A stretch of DNA of 64,000 nt from Bacteroidia bacterium. Its GTDB lineage: Bacteria > Bacteroidota > Bacteroidia > JADZBD01. A model generated the notes under the pieces. That model saw only the letters and a program-made list of their open reading frames with translations. It did no database searches and was not told where the DNA came from. Location: positions 10,913 to 74,912 of the forward strand of contig JAGVMA010000068.1 in the NCBI GenBank assembly GCA_020054095.1, written 5' to 3'. Of the stretch, positions 30,631 to 40,488 are shown piece after piece; within the stretch, counting starts at the first letter, position 1, and each line of letters opens with the position of its first letter. Both the position numbers and the translations under genes were made by a program.

Positions 30631-31920
30631 ATGTCAACGCTTTCGGATAAAGACAAAAATTTTATTTGGCATCCATATACTCAAATGAAAGATGCAACTG
30701 CTGCTATTGTTATAAGAAAAGCGGAGGGAGTTTATCTGTTTGATGAAAACAATGAATCATACATTGATGCTTGTGGCTCTTGGTGGACAAATTTGCACGG
30801 TCATTCGCATCCATATATAACAAAGAAAATTGCTGAACAAGCCAGTCGCCTTGAGCATGTAATTTTTGGCGGATTTACACACGAACCGGCAATAAGACTG
30901 GCCGAGCGCCTACTCAAAATTTTACCTGCTAATCAACAAAAAGTTTTTTATTCTGATAATGGTTCAACAGCAGTGGAAGTTGCAATTAAAATGTGCTTGC
31001 AGTATTGGCAAAATAATAATCAAAACCGGACAAAAATTAGTGCATTTAAAAACTCATACCATGGCGATACTTTTGGAGCTATGTCGGTGAGCGCACGTAA
31101 CGTGTTCACTAAAGCATTTGAAAATTTATTGTTTGATGTTATTTCTGTTGATGTACCGTTTTTGTTTAATGAGACAGAAGCGCTAAATGGTTTCGAGAAA
31201 ATTGTTACTGAAAATAAATCAGAGCTCGCTTGTTTTATTTTTGAACCTATTGTGCAAGGTGTTGCGGGTATGACTATATATAGTGCCGATGCACTGGATA
31301 AGATGATTGCAATTTGTAACAAACATAACATACTTACAATTGCTGATGAAGTGATGACCGGATTTGGGAGAACAGGTAAATTTTTCGCATCAGATTACCT
31401 TCGTAATTCCCCTGATGCATTTTGTTTATCGAAAGGTCTTACCGGTGGTGCTTTGCCTTTAGGAGTTACTACATGTACTCAGTCAATATATGATGCATTT
31501 CTCTCTTCCGATAAAACAAAAACTTTTTTTCACGGACACACTTATACCGCTAATCCGCTTTGCTGCGAAGCTGCAAATGCTTCACTCGATTTGTTTGAAG
31601 CGAATAATTCATTCGAAAAAATTAAATCTATTTCCAACTTACATCACGAATTTGTTTCTAACAATCAAGATAAATTTCCAATTCATAAGTTCAGGACAAT
31701 AGGTGTCATTTTGGCCATTGAAATTAGTGCAGGCGAAACTCACTACTTAAACTCAATTGCTGATAAAGCATATAGTTTTTTTATTGAAAGAGGAATTTTA
31801 ATGCGTCCGCTTGGTAATGTAATTTATATTGTCCCGCCTTATTGTATAACAATTGAACAGTTACATTTAATTTATAATACTATTGTTGAATTTTTAAATC
31901 AATTACAAAATGATGTTTAA
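30631..31920 (+). CDS. bioA: Adenosylmethionine-8-amino-7-oxononanoate transaminase
   Basis: IWHPYTQM, SWW.NLHGH, SDNGSTAVE, YHGDT, IADEVMTGFGRTG, SKGLTGG, RPLGN. Confidence 0.95.
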   Translation: MSTLSDKDKNFIWHPYTQMKDATAAIVIRKAEGVYLFDENNESYIDACGSWWTNLHGHSHPYITKKIAEQASRLEHVIFGGFTHEPAIRLAERLLKILPANQQKVFYSDNGSTAVEVAIKMCLQYWQNNNQNRTKISAFKNSYHGDTFGAMSVSARNVFTKAFENLLFDVISVDVPFLFNETEALNGFEKIVTENKSELACFIFEPIVQGVAGMTIYSADALDKMIAICNKHNILTIADEVMTGFGRTGKFFASDYLRNSPDAFCLSKGLTGGALPLGVTTCTQSIYDAFLSSDKTKTFFHGHTYTANPLCCEAANASLDLFEANNSFEKIKSISNLHHEFVSNNQDKFPIHKFRTIGVILAIEISAGETHYLNSIADKAYSFFIERGILMRPLGNVIYIVPPYCITIEQLHLIYNTIVEFLNQLQNDV

Positions 31921-32629
31921 CGACAAACGAAATTTTCTACTTTTTGTTCTTTGGGGATTTTTTATCACCAATGCAATGATAGCCGAAGTTATTGGCGTAA
32001 AAGTAATTGACCTTGGTACAGATTTTATACCCGATTTTTTTCTTATGAGCGTAGGTATTTTGCCATGGCCAATCGTTTTTTTAACTACTGATATTATCAA
32101 CGAGTTTTACGGGAAAGCCGTTGTTCGCAGATTATCTCTCATCACAGCATGTTTAATTGCTTATGCTTTTTTAATAATTTATTGCGCCATTTCTATTCCT
32201 GCTGATGATAAAATAGGGGTAAGAGACGAGTCGTTTAACGAGATTTTTGGGCAGAGTGGCTGGATAATATTGGGCAGCATCGTTGCCTTCCTTTCATCAC
32301 AGTTAATTGATGCATTTGTTTTTTGGATGGTAAGAGAAAAAACAGGTGGCAAAATGATTTGGCTAAGAGCCACTGGCTCTACTGCTGTTTCTCAACTCAT
32401 AGATACTTTTGTTGTGTTGTACATTGGTTTTGTTATTCCTGGTAAAATGAGTTTCGGTGTATATCTTAATGCAGCACTAACGGGCTACTCTGTAAAATTA
32501 TTAATTGCAGTTATGCTTACTCCATTAATCTATGTCGGACATAAAATGGTAAAGTCGTATTTGGGTGATAAACTTTCTGACGAAATTAAAAATGAAACTG
32601 CAAAAGAAACACTGCACCATAATAATTGA
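31910..32629 (+). CDS. Queuosine precursor transporter (YhhQ/Vut_1 family)
   Basis: G...WP.VF..TDIINE.YG, GS..AF..SQL.D, WLR.TGST.VSQLIDT. Confidence 0.9.
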   Translation: MMFNDKRNFLLFVLWGFFITNAMIAEVIGVKVIDLGTDFIPDFFLMSVGILPWPIVFLTTDIINEFYGKAVVRRLSLITACLIAYAFLIIYCAISIPADDKIGVRDESFNEIFGQSGWIILGSIVAFLSSQLIDAFVFWMVREKTGGKMIWLRATGSTAVSQLIDTFVVLYIGFVIPGKMSFGVYLNAALTGYSVKLLIAVMLTPLIYVGHKMVKSYLGDKLSDEIKNETAKETLHHNN

Positions 32630-32632
32630 TTA

Positions 32633-33991
32633 GTGCTCTATAGGTTTTTAAGAATATTGTTTAAAATATCGAGCCGCGCTTTTTTTAATAAGCTCGAAGT
32701 AAAGGGTTTGGAAAATATTCCATTATCGGGTCCAGTTATCTTGTTGGCAAATCATCCTTCTACTTTTATGGATCCTATTGTGATAGGCGCTACTACTCGC
32801 AGAAAAATATTTTTTTTAGCCAAAGCCGAAGTCTTTAAATCTGCTTTTACAAAATGGTTGTTGCCAAAGTTTAACATGATTCCTATTTATCGTGCACAAG
32901 ATGACCCTACGCAGATGCATAAAAATAAAGAAACATTTCAAAAATGTTTCGATCATTTTAGAACAGGCGGTGCCATGCTTATTTTTCCGGAAGGAATTAG
33001 TTTAACTGAGCGGAAGTTAAAAAAAATAAAAACCGGTGCAGCCCGTATTGCATTGGGAGCAGAGGCAGATAACGATTTTGCATTAAACCTTCAAATTGTT
33101 TGTGTAGGGCTTAATTACAGTAATCCACATCGTTTTCAAAGTGATTTGCTTATTAATATTGACGCACCTATTTCAGTAAAAAACTATCAACAAGAATATC
33201 TTACGGACGGAATTGCCGCATCAAATAAATTAACAGATGAAATAAAACAGAAACTGGAGTCAATCATTGTTTCATTTGAAGATAACGATACCGATAAATT
33301 AGCTGCCGACATTGAAACGATTTATCGCTCAAAACTTTTAAAAGAATTTAATTTAACCACTAAGTATGTTGAAGACAAACACATTGCTAATAAAGCAATA
33401 GCCGAAAGTGTAAATTATTTTAAGCAAAACGACCCAACCCGTATTGCCGCTATTAAATTAAAACTCGATAAATATTTTAGTTTGTTAAATCAATTAAAGC
33501 TGAACGATAGGTGGATTAGCAAGCAAGCGAATGGACTCAATTCGTTTCTTCTCAATTCTGTTTTTTATACAATTGGTTTCTTGCTTGGCTTCCCTATTTT
33601 TTTATTTGGCTTGATAAATAATTACTTGCCTTACAAAATTCCATATTTGATAACAAAGAAAATAACCGACAAGCCCGAATACTACGGAGCATTTGCTTTA
33701 GTAATAGGCACATTTACATTTTTAATTTTTTATACAGCGCAGCTATGGTTGGTTCAATCGTGGTTGCATAATTTTTATATTACAATTACTTATTTATTTT
33801 TATTACCTATTAGTGGTTTTTTTGCTTTTTATTATGCCACGCAATTTAGAGATGTAACCGGAAGATGGATGCTCTTTAATTTGTTCTTGAAAAAATCATC
33901 ACTAATTGCAACTGCTATCACAATGCGCGAAAGCATCATAGATGATATTCAAAAAGGCCATAAAGATTACGTGGAAATAATTACACGCTAA
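32633..33991 (+). CDS. Lysophospholipid/glycerol acyltransferase (PlsC family) with C-terminal TM helices
   Basis: ANHPSTFMD (HxxxxD), FLAK, PIYR, IFPEG, KTGAAR. Confidence 0.88.
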   Translation: MLYRFLRILFKISSRAFFNKLEVKGLENIPLSGPVILLANHPSTFMDPIVIGATTRRKIFFLAKAEVFKSAFTKWLLPKFNMIPIYRAQDDPTQMHKNKETFQKCFDHFRTGGAMLIFPEGISLTERKLKKIKTGAARIALGAEADNDFALNLQIVCVGLNYSNPHRFQSDLLINIDAPISVKNYQQEYLTDGIAASNKLTDEIKQKLESIIVSFEDNDTDKLAADIETIYRSKLLKEFNLTTKYVEDKHIANKAIAESVNYFKQNDPTRIAAIKLKLDKYFSLLNQLKLNDRWISKQANGLNSFLLNSVFYTIGFLLGFPIFLFGLINNYLPYKIPYLITKKITDKPEYYGAFALVIGTFTFLIFYTAQLWLVQSWLHNFYITITYLFLLPISGFFAFYYATQFRDVTGRWMLFNLFLKKSSLIATAITMRESIIDDIQKGHKDYVEIITR

Positions 33992-34559
33992 GTGTTTCGT
34001 GTATTTTTAAAACTTGAGGAATAAGTAAATTTTCTTCATCATTGTTTATAATGAAATCAGATTTTCTTATTCGCTCTTCGTCCGTCCACTGTGCTTTTAT
34101 GCGCTTCTCTAATTCTGCTGAACTTACTTTATCTCTAAGCATTACTCGTTTTATTCTTTTTTCTATTGGGGCAATTACTGTAATTGTTTTTTCTAACTGT
34201 TTGTATGCTCCTGATTCAAATAATATTGCTGCTTCTTTTAAAACGTATTTTTTGTTGCCTTGTGTTTCAATCCACATCGCAAATTTTTCTGCTACTGCAG
34301 GATGAATAATTTTATTTAACCCTTGTAGTTTTTCTTTATCGGCAAACACAATTTTAGCCACCTTGTTATAAATCAGTTGGTCATTTTCGTACACATCTGC
34401 ACCAAGTAAAGTAATGACTTGGTGCATTATTTCAGATTCTGAATATAGTTTTTTCGCCACATCATCGGTATAAAATACAGGAACGTTAAGCGTTTCAAAT
34501 ACTTTGCAGGCGGTGGTTTTGCCGCTTCCTATGCCACCTGTAATGCCAACTTTTATCAT
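33981..34559 (-). CDS. coaE: Dephospho-CoA kinase
   Basis: VGITGGIGSGKT, IIHPAV, KEAAILFE, RV..RD. Confidence 0.96.
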   Translation of the reverse strand: MIKVGITGGIGSGKTTACKVFETLNVPVFYTDDVAKKLYSESEIMHQVITLLGADVYENDQLIYNKVAKIVFADKEKLQGLNKIIHPAVAEKFAMWIETQGNKKYVLKEAAILFESGAYKQLEKTITVIAPIEKRIKRVMLRDKVSSAELEKRIKAQWTDEERIRKSDFIINNDEENLLIPQVLKIHETLSV

Positions 34560-35527
34560 TTTTTTCTAATAATAAATTCTACTTTATCCGGAATTACTTT
34601 CACCGAATTAACTATTGCAGGAACTTTAGTTAGTTCTAATTTTATTTTATTACTGTTTTCAGTTGATGTATTGTAATCGGCAGTTACAGTAAATAAATCA
34701 GGAACTATTTTATCAATATTTGATACTGCCACTTTATATTTTACTTTCACTATTTCCGGAAAAATGCGGATACTGTATCCATCCGGAATACTCATTGGGC
34801 TTACCGTAACATCCATCTCTTCTTCCGTAAATTTATCAACTGGGATAGTAATTGTAACCGAGTCGGCTGAGTATCCAACACCTCTGTTATCTATTACGAA
34901 TGGAAGCTTAACCGTTACCGTTTTGTTGATATTATTCAGCACCAGATATTGTGTGGATGCGTGTTCCGTATTTTTAATAAAATCTGCTGCACCAAATACG
35001 TCAACAAAAGCGGGTGAAACAGTTATGCTATCAGATAATTGATATTGGTTATCCAACGAATAACTAATATTAATTTTTACAGGAACACGCTTTTTGCTTT
35101 TAGTGCTAAAATTGAAAAAAAATGTATCGGGTAGTAGTTTATTTATTGTGTAGTTTTTTCCAATTTGCCTATTGATGTTTGCCAGTTGCGATGCAGAACT
35201 TAATGCATAAATACTATCGGCAACGGCAGTTAACCGCTCACAATTGATGTTTATTGATTGATGCCTTCCAAAGATTGAATTTTTCAACAGCGTGTATCCA
35301 TCAGTGCTTATGCTAATATCAATAGTATCGGGCAATTGGTTTATAAGTGCTTTTGAAGCAGGTAAATTTGTGTAGTTGATTTTAAATCGCAGAGTTCCAT
35401 CGTAAGGCCTCGATAATACAATTAAAAACCAACAGAACGATGCAATTGCAATACAAACCAAAAAGGCATAAACATTTTTATTTAAAATAATGTATCGCCC
35501 GGCACTCTTTTTTTTGTTTTCGTTCAC
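34556..35527 (-). CDS. YbbR/CdaR-like domain membrane-anchored protein
   Basis: N-terminal TM (FL.C..IA...W), KRVPV, P..V.V.G, FP..V.V. Usual position between yajC and coaE. Confidence 0.75.
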   Translation of the reverse strand: MNENKKKSAGRYIILNKNVYAFLVCIAIASFCWFLIVLSRPYDGTLRFKINYTNLPASKALINQLPDTIDISISTDGYTLLKNSIFGRHQSININCERLTAVADSIYALSSASQLANINRQIGKNYTINKLLPDTFFFNFSTKSKKRVPVKINISYSLDNQYQLSDSITVSPAFVDVFGAADFIKNTEHASTQYLVLNNINKTVTVKLPFVIDNRGVGYSADSVTITIPVDKFTEEEMDVTVSPMSIPDGYSIRIFPEIVKVKYKVAVSNIDKIVPDLFTVTADYNTSTENSNKIKLELTKVPAIVNSVKVIPDKVEFIIRKK

Positions 35528-35541
35528 GAGCGATTTTTATC

Positions 35542-35862
35542 TTATGCTTTGTTTGCTTCGGCTTGCAAGGTGGCAGTAAATTGCATTGATACTGCTTGTT
35601 TCTCAATATACATGCGTGTGCCGCTTTCCACTTCTATTAAAAATGTACGGTCATTAATATCTACGATTTTAGCGTGTATACCACCAATGGTAACAATTTT
35701 ATCGCCTTTCTTTATTTCCTCACGGTATTTTTTTTCTTCTTTGGTCTTTTTTAATTGTGGACGAATCATAAAAAAGTAAAATACTACTATGATAAGTACC
35801 AATGGTAAAAATGACATAAGTCCGCCACTGCCTTGCGCTGCTTGTAATAAAATGTGATTCAT
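35542..35862 (-). CDS. yajC: Preprotein translocase subunit YajC
   Basis: VFYFFMIRPQ.K, KKGDKIVTIGGIH. Confidence 0.96.
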   Translation of the reverse strand: MNHILLQAAQGSGGLMSFLPLVLIIVVFYFFMIRPQLKKTKEEKKYREEIKKGDKIVTIGGIHAKIVDINDRTFLIEVESGTRMYIEKQAVSMQFTATLQAEANKA

Positions 35863-35873
35863 GTTTGTTTTGT

Positions 35874-36341
35874 TTATTTGTTTTCTTTTGTTTTTTCGTC
35901 AGCCACATCCACGTTCACGGTAATGCTTATTACTTTGGTATTTGGTTGGGCATTGGTTATTACTGTAACATCTTTTTTGTTGTAACCTTGTTTTCCGCTG
36001 CTGTTAAATGTTACGGTAATTTTTCCTTCATCATTTGGTTTCACCGGCTTGTCAGAAAATTCAGGAACGGTGCAGCCACAACTTCCTTTTGCTGATGATA
36101 TAATTAAATCGGAGCCGCCTGTGTTTTTAAATTTAAATGTGTACGATACTGATTCGCCTTCCACGATAGTGCCAAAATCATGTGTTTCCTCAGCAAAGGT
36201 TATTGCTGGTAAACTGCCCGGTTCATTATTTCCGTTTGGGATGTTTACCAAATCGGTGGTTACTTTATTGTCATCTGCCGATGATGAACAAGATGATAAT
36301 AAGCTAAGGGATAGACTAATAATTAATAGGTGTTTTATCAT
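35874..36341 (-). CDS. DUF1573 lipoprotein
   Basis: Lipobox LSSC; HDFG.I, F.FKNTG, SCGCTVP, I.V.FNS. TACATTTG promoter at 36356-36363 on the minus strand. Confidence 0.9.
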   Translation of the reverse strand: MIKHLLIISLSLSLLSSCSSSADDNKVTTDLVNIPNGNNEPGSLPAITFAEETHDFGTIVEGESVSYTFKFKNTGGSDLIISSAKGSCGCTVPEFSDKPVKPNDEGKITVTFNSSGKQGYNKKDVTVITNAQPNTKVISITVNVDVADEKTKENK

Positions 36342-36427
36342 TTTTTTATTTTATGCAAATGTAACAAAGAGTTTTTATTATTGATTTCAATTTTAGAACT
36401 GCTTTTACTATTTTAGTCAAAAAACAA

Positions 36428-37426
36428 ATGAATAAACTTTTACTTTTTGCCACTTTATTTGTCTTTGGCTCCTTTATTGGTACCCATTCTTTTGACAAAA
36501 CTCAACATCCGCCCGCGCCCGAATATTCAAAAGAAAATTGCTGGATTGCTTTGCCCTGGCGAAAAGATATTGCTGATACTATCCCGAATGGGTGTTCTAC
36601 GCCTGACGCACAGCTGAATGCGAAAGCAGATGTTTTTTATATTCATCCTACAGTTTATTTGGTGGGCAATAATTACAATGGCGATGTGTATAATGATAAA
36701 TTGAATAAGAAATGTGATAAATGTGTTTTAATACAAGGAACAATTTTTAATGCATCGGGTCGTGTTTTTGCTCCTCGATATAGACAAGCACATATAAAAG
36801 CATTTTCGGGCGATTCTATAGAAGGTGAAAAGGCGCTGAAATTTGCTTACGCTGATGTGAAAGCGGCATTTGAGCATTATTTGAAAAATTGGAATAAAGG
36901 GCGACCAATCATAATAGTAGGCCACAGCCAAGGTGCGAGGCACGCTGCTCAATTAGTAAAAGATTTTTTTGATGGTACAGAATTGCAAAAACTTTTAATT
37001 GCTGCGTACCCAATTGGAATGCCAATCCCCAAAAATTATTTTAAGAACATACCTTTAACTAATGGCCCTAAGGAAACCTGCTGCTGGGCTACCTGGAATA
37101 CTAATTCGTGGGGTACTGAGTTAAAAGGAAAGATGCTGAAAAAATATGGTAACAGTGCTTGTGTTAACCCTCTTTCGTGGAAACAAAATGATGAGCACGT
37201 TTTATCAAACAAAAACTTGGGCGGTGTTTCTATTAAATTTGATGCAGTAGATATTAATGTTTGCGATGCAAAAGTGAACAAAGCAATTTTATGGATTCAC
37301 CCTGTAAGTGGTAAGCGCTATAACCACATTGGTTCCTGGTATCATGGCAGCGATATGAATTTGTTTTACATGAACCTAAGGCAAAATGCTATTGATAGAG
37401 TAGATGCTTATTTCAATAAAAAATAA
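36428..37426 (+). CDS. DUF3089 alpha/beta hydrolase
   Basis: ADVFYIHPT, FAPRYRQ, AYADV..AF, GRP....GHSQG, CVNP, YH..D.NLFY.N.R.N. Confidence 0.88.
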   Translation: MNKLLLFATLFVFGSFIGTHSFDKTQHPPAPEYSKENCWIALPWRKDIADTIPNGCSTPDAQLNAKADVFYIHPTVYLVGNNYNGDVYNDKLNKKCDKCVLIQGTIFNASGRVFAPRYRQAHIKAFSGDSIEGEKALKFAYADVKAAFEHYLKNWNKGRPIIIVGHSQGARHAAQLVKDFFDGTELQKLLIAAYPIGMPIPKNYFKNIPLTNGPKETCCWATWNTNSWGTELKGKMLKKYGNSACVNPLSWKQNDEHVLSNKNLGGVSIKFDAVDINVCDAKVNKAILWIHPVSGKRYNHIGSWYHGSDMNLFYMNLRQNAIDRVDAYFNKK

Positions 37427-37451
37427 AATGCCTCGCTATTGCGAGGCATTT
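37426..37451. terminator. Bidirectional intrinsic terminator
   Basis: AAATGCCTCGC-TATT-GCGAGGCATTT between convergent genes. Confidence 0.82.
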
Positions 37452-37474
37452 ATAAACGGAAAATATTTAATTAG

Positions 37475-38686
37475 CTATTGATAGTTTTTTATGTATTCAT
37501 CAAGTTCGTCAATGCTTGATTCAAAACTAAATGCATCGTTTACTTTGTAAAAATTATTCCGGTCGGTTGTTTTTCCGTAGGCAAATTTTGCAAAATCGAG
37601 GCGACTTTCTTCAAAACTAAAAATGAGCATAATTTCTTTTACCTGTGCAGATGAAAGACAATTGCTGCCCAATATTTGCTTAGCCATTTTTAATTGCGAA
37701 TCTGAAAAAGATTTTGATTTAATGCTTTCTTTGGCGCTTTTAAAATCAGCATCGCTCATTGGGTAAACGCATTGTGTAGAATTATTGTTGCTGGTATTTG
37801 TGTTAGTACTTGTATTGGTATTAAGATTATTGTTTGTATTAGTTGAGGAATTTGTTTCCGTTACGGTAGTATTCACATTCATTCCGTTGCCCGATGTGTT
37901 TACGTTCATATTTACATTTCCGCCATTGGTATTAGTTCCGTTAGTGGTGGTAGTTGTACTTCCATTAGTTGTAGTCCCATTTACATTAGTACTTGTGCTA
38001 GTGGTTGTGGTGGTAGTGCTTGTAGAAGTTCCATTCATATTTGGGTCGGTAACATTCACATTCATGTTCACTCCGCTACCTCCCATATTCAGGCCAATAT
38101 TTACTCCAGTGTTTCCGTTTGTGTTGCCTGATGTGGTAGTGGTTGTAGTTGTGGTTGATGAGGAGTTATTAGTCCCGTTAGTATTCGTATTTACGTTTAC
38201 ATTTCCGGTGCCATTTGTAGTAGTATTTGAATTTGTGTTAGTTGTGGTATTTACATTGGTGTTTTCATATATTGGACTGGTTGGTCCGCTTGTACTGTAG
38301 TTATAAGTATGCTGGTCGCTCATTACAGGAGCAGTTTTAATAGATGTGTGGCTAACGTATTTTAACTTATAACCTTTTTTAGATTTAGAGATGCTATATA
38401 CCATTTCTATATCTTTCAAATCTTCGGCTGCCCACATAAATGCTATGTTCTGGTTGCAGTCAGGAATTCCTTTTTGCTCAAAAATTATTTTTGCTTTGTA
38501 TCCCGGTTGGTTTAGGCCGGTTACTTTCACATTTGTTTCGGCTACTGCATTTTGCTTTACACCATTTAATATGAGGTAAAACTTTTTTCCGTCATCGGAA
38601 AAAACAACCAAGTTGTTGGTTTGAGCAAATATGGATGCTGCAGTTGTAAATAAAATTACTGTTAGGAGTAGTAGATTCTTTTTCAT
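37475..38686 (-). CDS. DUF4476 exported protein with long Thr/Asn-rich linker
   Basis: Start at MKKNLLL signal peptide; C-terminal M...DF...K.SI....F.D..L, F.FE..RLDFAKFAY....D..N; central low-complexity region. Confidence 0.82.
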   Translation of the reverse strand: MKKNLLLLTVILFTTAASIFAQTNNLVVFSDDGKKFYLILNGVKQNAVAETNVKVTGLNQPGYKAKIIFEQKGIPDCNQNIAFMWAAEDLKDIEMVYSISKSKKGYKLKYVSHTSIKTAPVMSDQHTYNYSTSGPTSPIYENTNVNTTTNTNSNTTTNGTGNVNVNTNTNGTNNSSSTTTTTTTTSGNTNGNTGVNIGLNMGGSGVNMNVNVTDPNMNGTSTSTTTTTTSTSTNVNGTTTNGSTTTTTNGTNTNGGNVNMNVNTSGNGMNVNTTVTETNSSTNTNNNLNTNTSTNTNTSNNNSTQCVYPMSDADFKSAKESIKSKSFSDSQLKMAKQILGSNCLSSAQVKEIMLIFSFEESRLDFAKFAYGKTTDRNNFYKVNDAFSFESSIDELDEYIKNYQ

Positions 38687-38863
38687 AGGTTGATTGTTTA
38701 TGTTTGTCGGTTTAAATTTATAAATACTTGTTACAAGCTGATTCAAATAGTATTCCAAATTTAATTCGAAAGTCAATTCAAGTTGTGAACATTCTCTTAA
38801 TACCTCAAGCTTGTTAAGATATATCTCAATAAAAACAATGGATTTGACTCGTTTTTTATGAAC

Positions 38864-40327
38864 TCATATAATCATACTGTTTTTTAACATCCTATCTAAC
38901 CAGTTAATGTTTATTGCCGTCTGTGGTGACAATACTTTATACTTTACTTTATTTATTTTTCTTTTGACTATATCCAAATTGTCTTTTTTAGCAAATAATG
39001 ATTCAACAATATCGTAAATCATTATTGTTTCACAATACGTTTTTGCTTCAGTAGATTTTAAAATTGACAGTGCTTTTGAATACTCTTTGTTAAGAAAATG
39101 CATTTTTGCTTTTATATAAAATACCTCTCCTAACGAGGTTTGTACATTATTATTGTTTTTGATATTACGAATATATTCATCCGTTTTTTTTTGTAAAAAG
39201 TTCACATCGAGATTAAACGTGCGAGGGTACGATTCGCAGTATATAATTGCCCTAAGTGTATATGCGTATGCAATAGTACTTTGATTACTATTACCTTTTA
39301 AAAAATCAATGTAGGTGTCAATAGTTTGCATCGCTTCAGCATGCCTTTGGGTTCCGCGCTGAGCACTAAGCATATTAAAATATATTGAATCGGTTTTGAA
39401 GATTGCATAATCGGGGTTTTGATGCACATTATCCCACAAGTTTTTCATTTCAGTGTGTGCATTTTCAAATTCGCACCGGTTAAAATAATAGAACGTATTT
39501 ATTTGCCTGATATGGAATTGTTGATTGAGCAAATAGTTTTTTCTATAAGCAACCAATGGAATTAATGGTTGCTTTTCGTTAAGCGACTTAAATTGTTTGA
39601 AATGCCGGCTAATCACCTGCATGTCATTTACATAGTCTGTTGACCCTAACTTATAATACAGTGCAACATTGTGGTAGCACATGGCAAAGCGTGAGTAATC
39701 TTTGTATTTATTGGCAATTGCTTTCATTTCTGATAACTCACTTTTGGCATGCTTTATACCCTTTTTGTAGTTTATTTCGTAAATCAAACGGGCAAGCATA
39801 ATTACTCTATTTATTTCTGATTGCAGCAAAATAGCTTTTTCCAAACGTGGGTATAGCGACTCATTGCGTTCTAACTTATTAGTTGACTGGTTACAAAATA
39901 TCATTTGGTCTATAATGCCGGGTAGTAGTTCAAAAATGTTACGCTCCCAACAAACTGATTCGAGCTGTAATAGTTTTTTATAGGCCTGTTCTTTTTCATT
40001 TGCACTAAGCAACTGTTTACATTTTGCAAGTTCTACTTCTTCATCTGCTAAAATTTGGTTGTGGTCAGTTTGTTGCTCTAAGTATTCATCTATAAACTTT
40101 TTTCGGAGTTTAAAAAAACGATTTTCAAGTACATTGTATGGTGTATTTTCCAATTCATTTTTATAGATGTATTTAACAACGTCACGATTTTTTAAATTTC
40201 TGTTTTCGCATTTATCTAAAAATTCGAATAACAGTAGTCCTACGGGTGAGTCTTTTAGTTTAAATGTGATTTCGGATTTTGCCGTGTCGTTCAGTTTTTT
40301 AAACGAATCGTATAGCTGTTTGTTCAT
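38864..40327 (-). CDS. Hypothetical cytoplasmic all-helical protein, possible N-terminal winged helix and TPR-like body
   Basis: 487-aa ORF without signal peptide or TM helix; NRDVVKYIY...NVLENRFFKLRKKF; helical repeats. Function is inferred only. Confidence 0.6.
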   Translation of the reverse strand: MNKQLYDSFKKLNDTAKSEITFKLKDSPVGLLLFEFLDKCENRNLKNRDVVKYIYKNELENTPYNVLENRFFKLRKKFIDEYLEQQTDHNQILADEEVELAKCKQLLSANEKEQAYKKLLQLESVCWERNIFELLPGIIDQMIFCNQSTNKLERNESLYPRLEKAILLQSEINRVIMLARLIYEINYKKGIKHAKSELSEMKAIANKYKDYSRFAMCYHNVALYYKLGSTDYVNDMQVISRHFKQFKSLNEKQPLIPLVAYRKNYLLNQQFHIRQINTFYYFNRCEFENAHTEMKNLWDNVHQNPDYAIFKTDSIYFNMLSAQRGTQRHAEAMQTIDTYIDFLKGNSNQSTIAYAYTLRAIIYCESYPRTFNLDVNFLQKKTDEYIRNIKNNNNVQTSLGEVFYIKAKMHFLNKEYSKALSILKSTEAKTYCETIMIYDIVESLFAKKDNLDIVKRKINKVKYKVLSPQTAININWLDRMLKNSMII

Positions 40328-40439
40328 TTCATTGTTTTTATGAATTCACTATAATAACCTTTAAATCATTGTTTTTAGCTACATTCAGAAGGTATTTTGT
40401 TTTGTATTTCAAACTTATGCTAAGGTATAAAATTGCACG

Positions 40440-40461
40440 TATCTAATCCTATCTAAATTTG
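40440..40461 (+). promoter_or_regulatory. -7 promoter element with overlapping TATCTAA direct repeat
   Basis: TATCTAA at 40440-40446 and 40450-40456; TAAATTTG at 40454-40461; ATG at 40489. Confidence 0.6.
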
Positions 40462-40488
40462 TTGCATAATTATAAATAAAAAGTAAAA

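Noticed and set aside
37785..38300. Val/Leu-rich 171-aa 'membrane protein' on the plus strand
   Set aside because: Antisense shadow of Thr/Asn codons in the DUF4476 linker.
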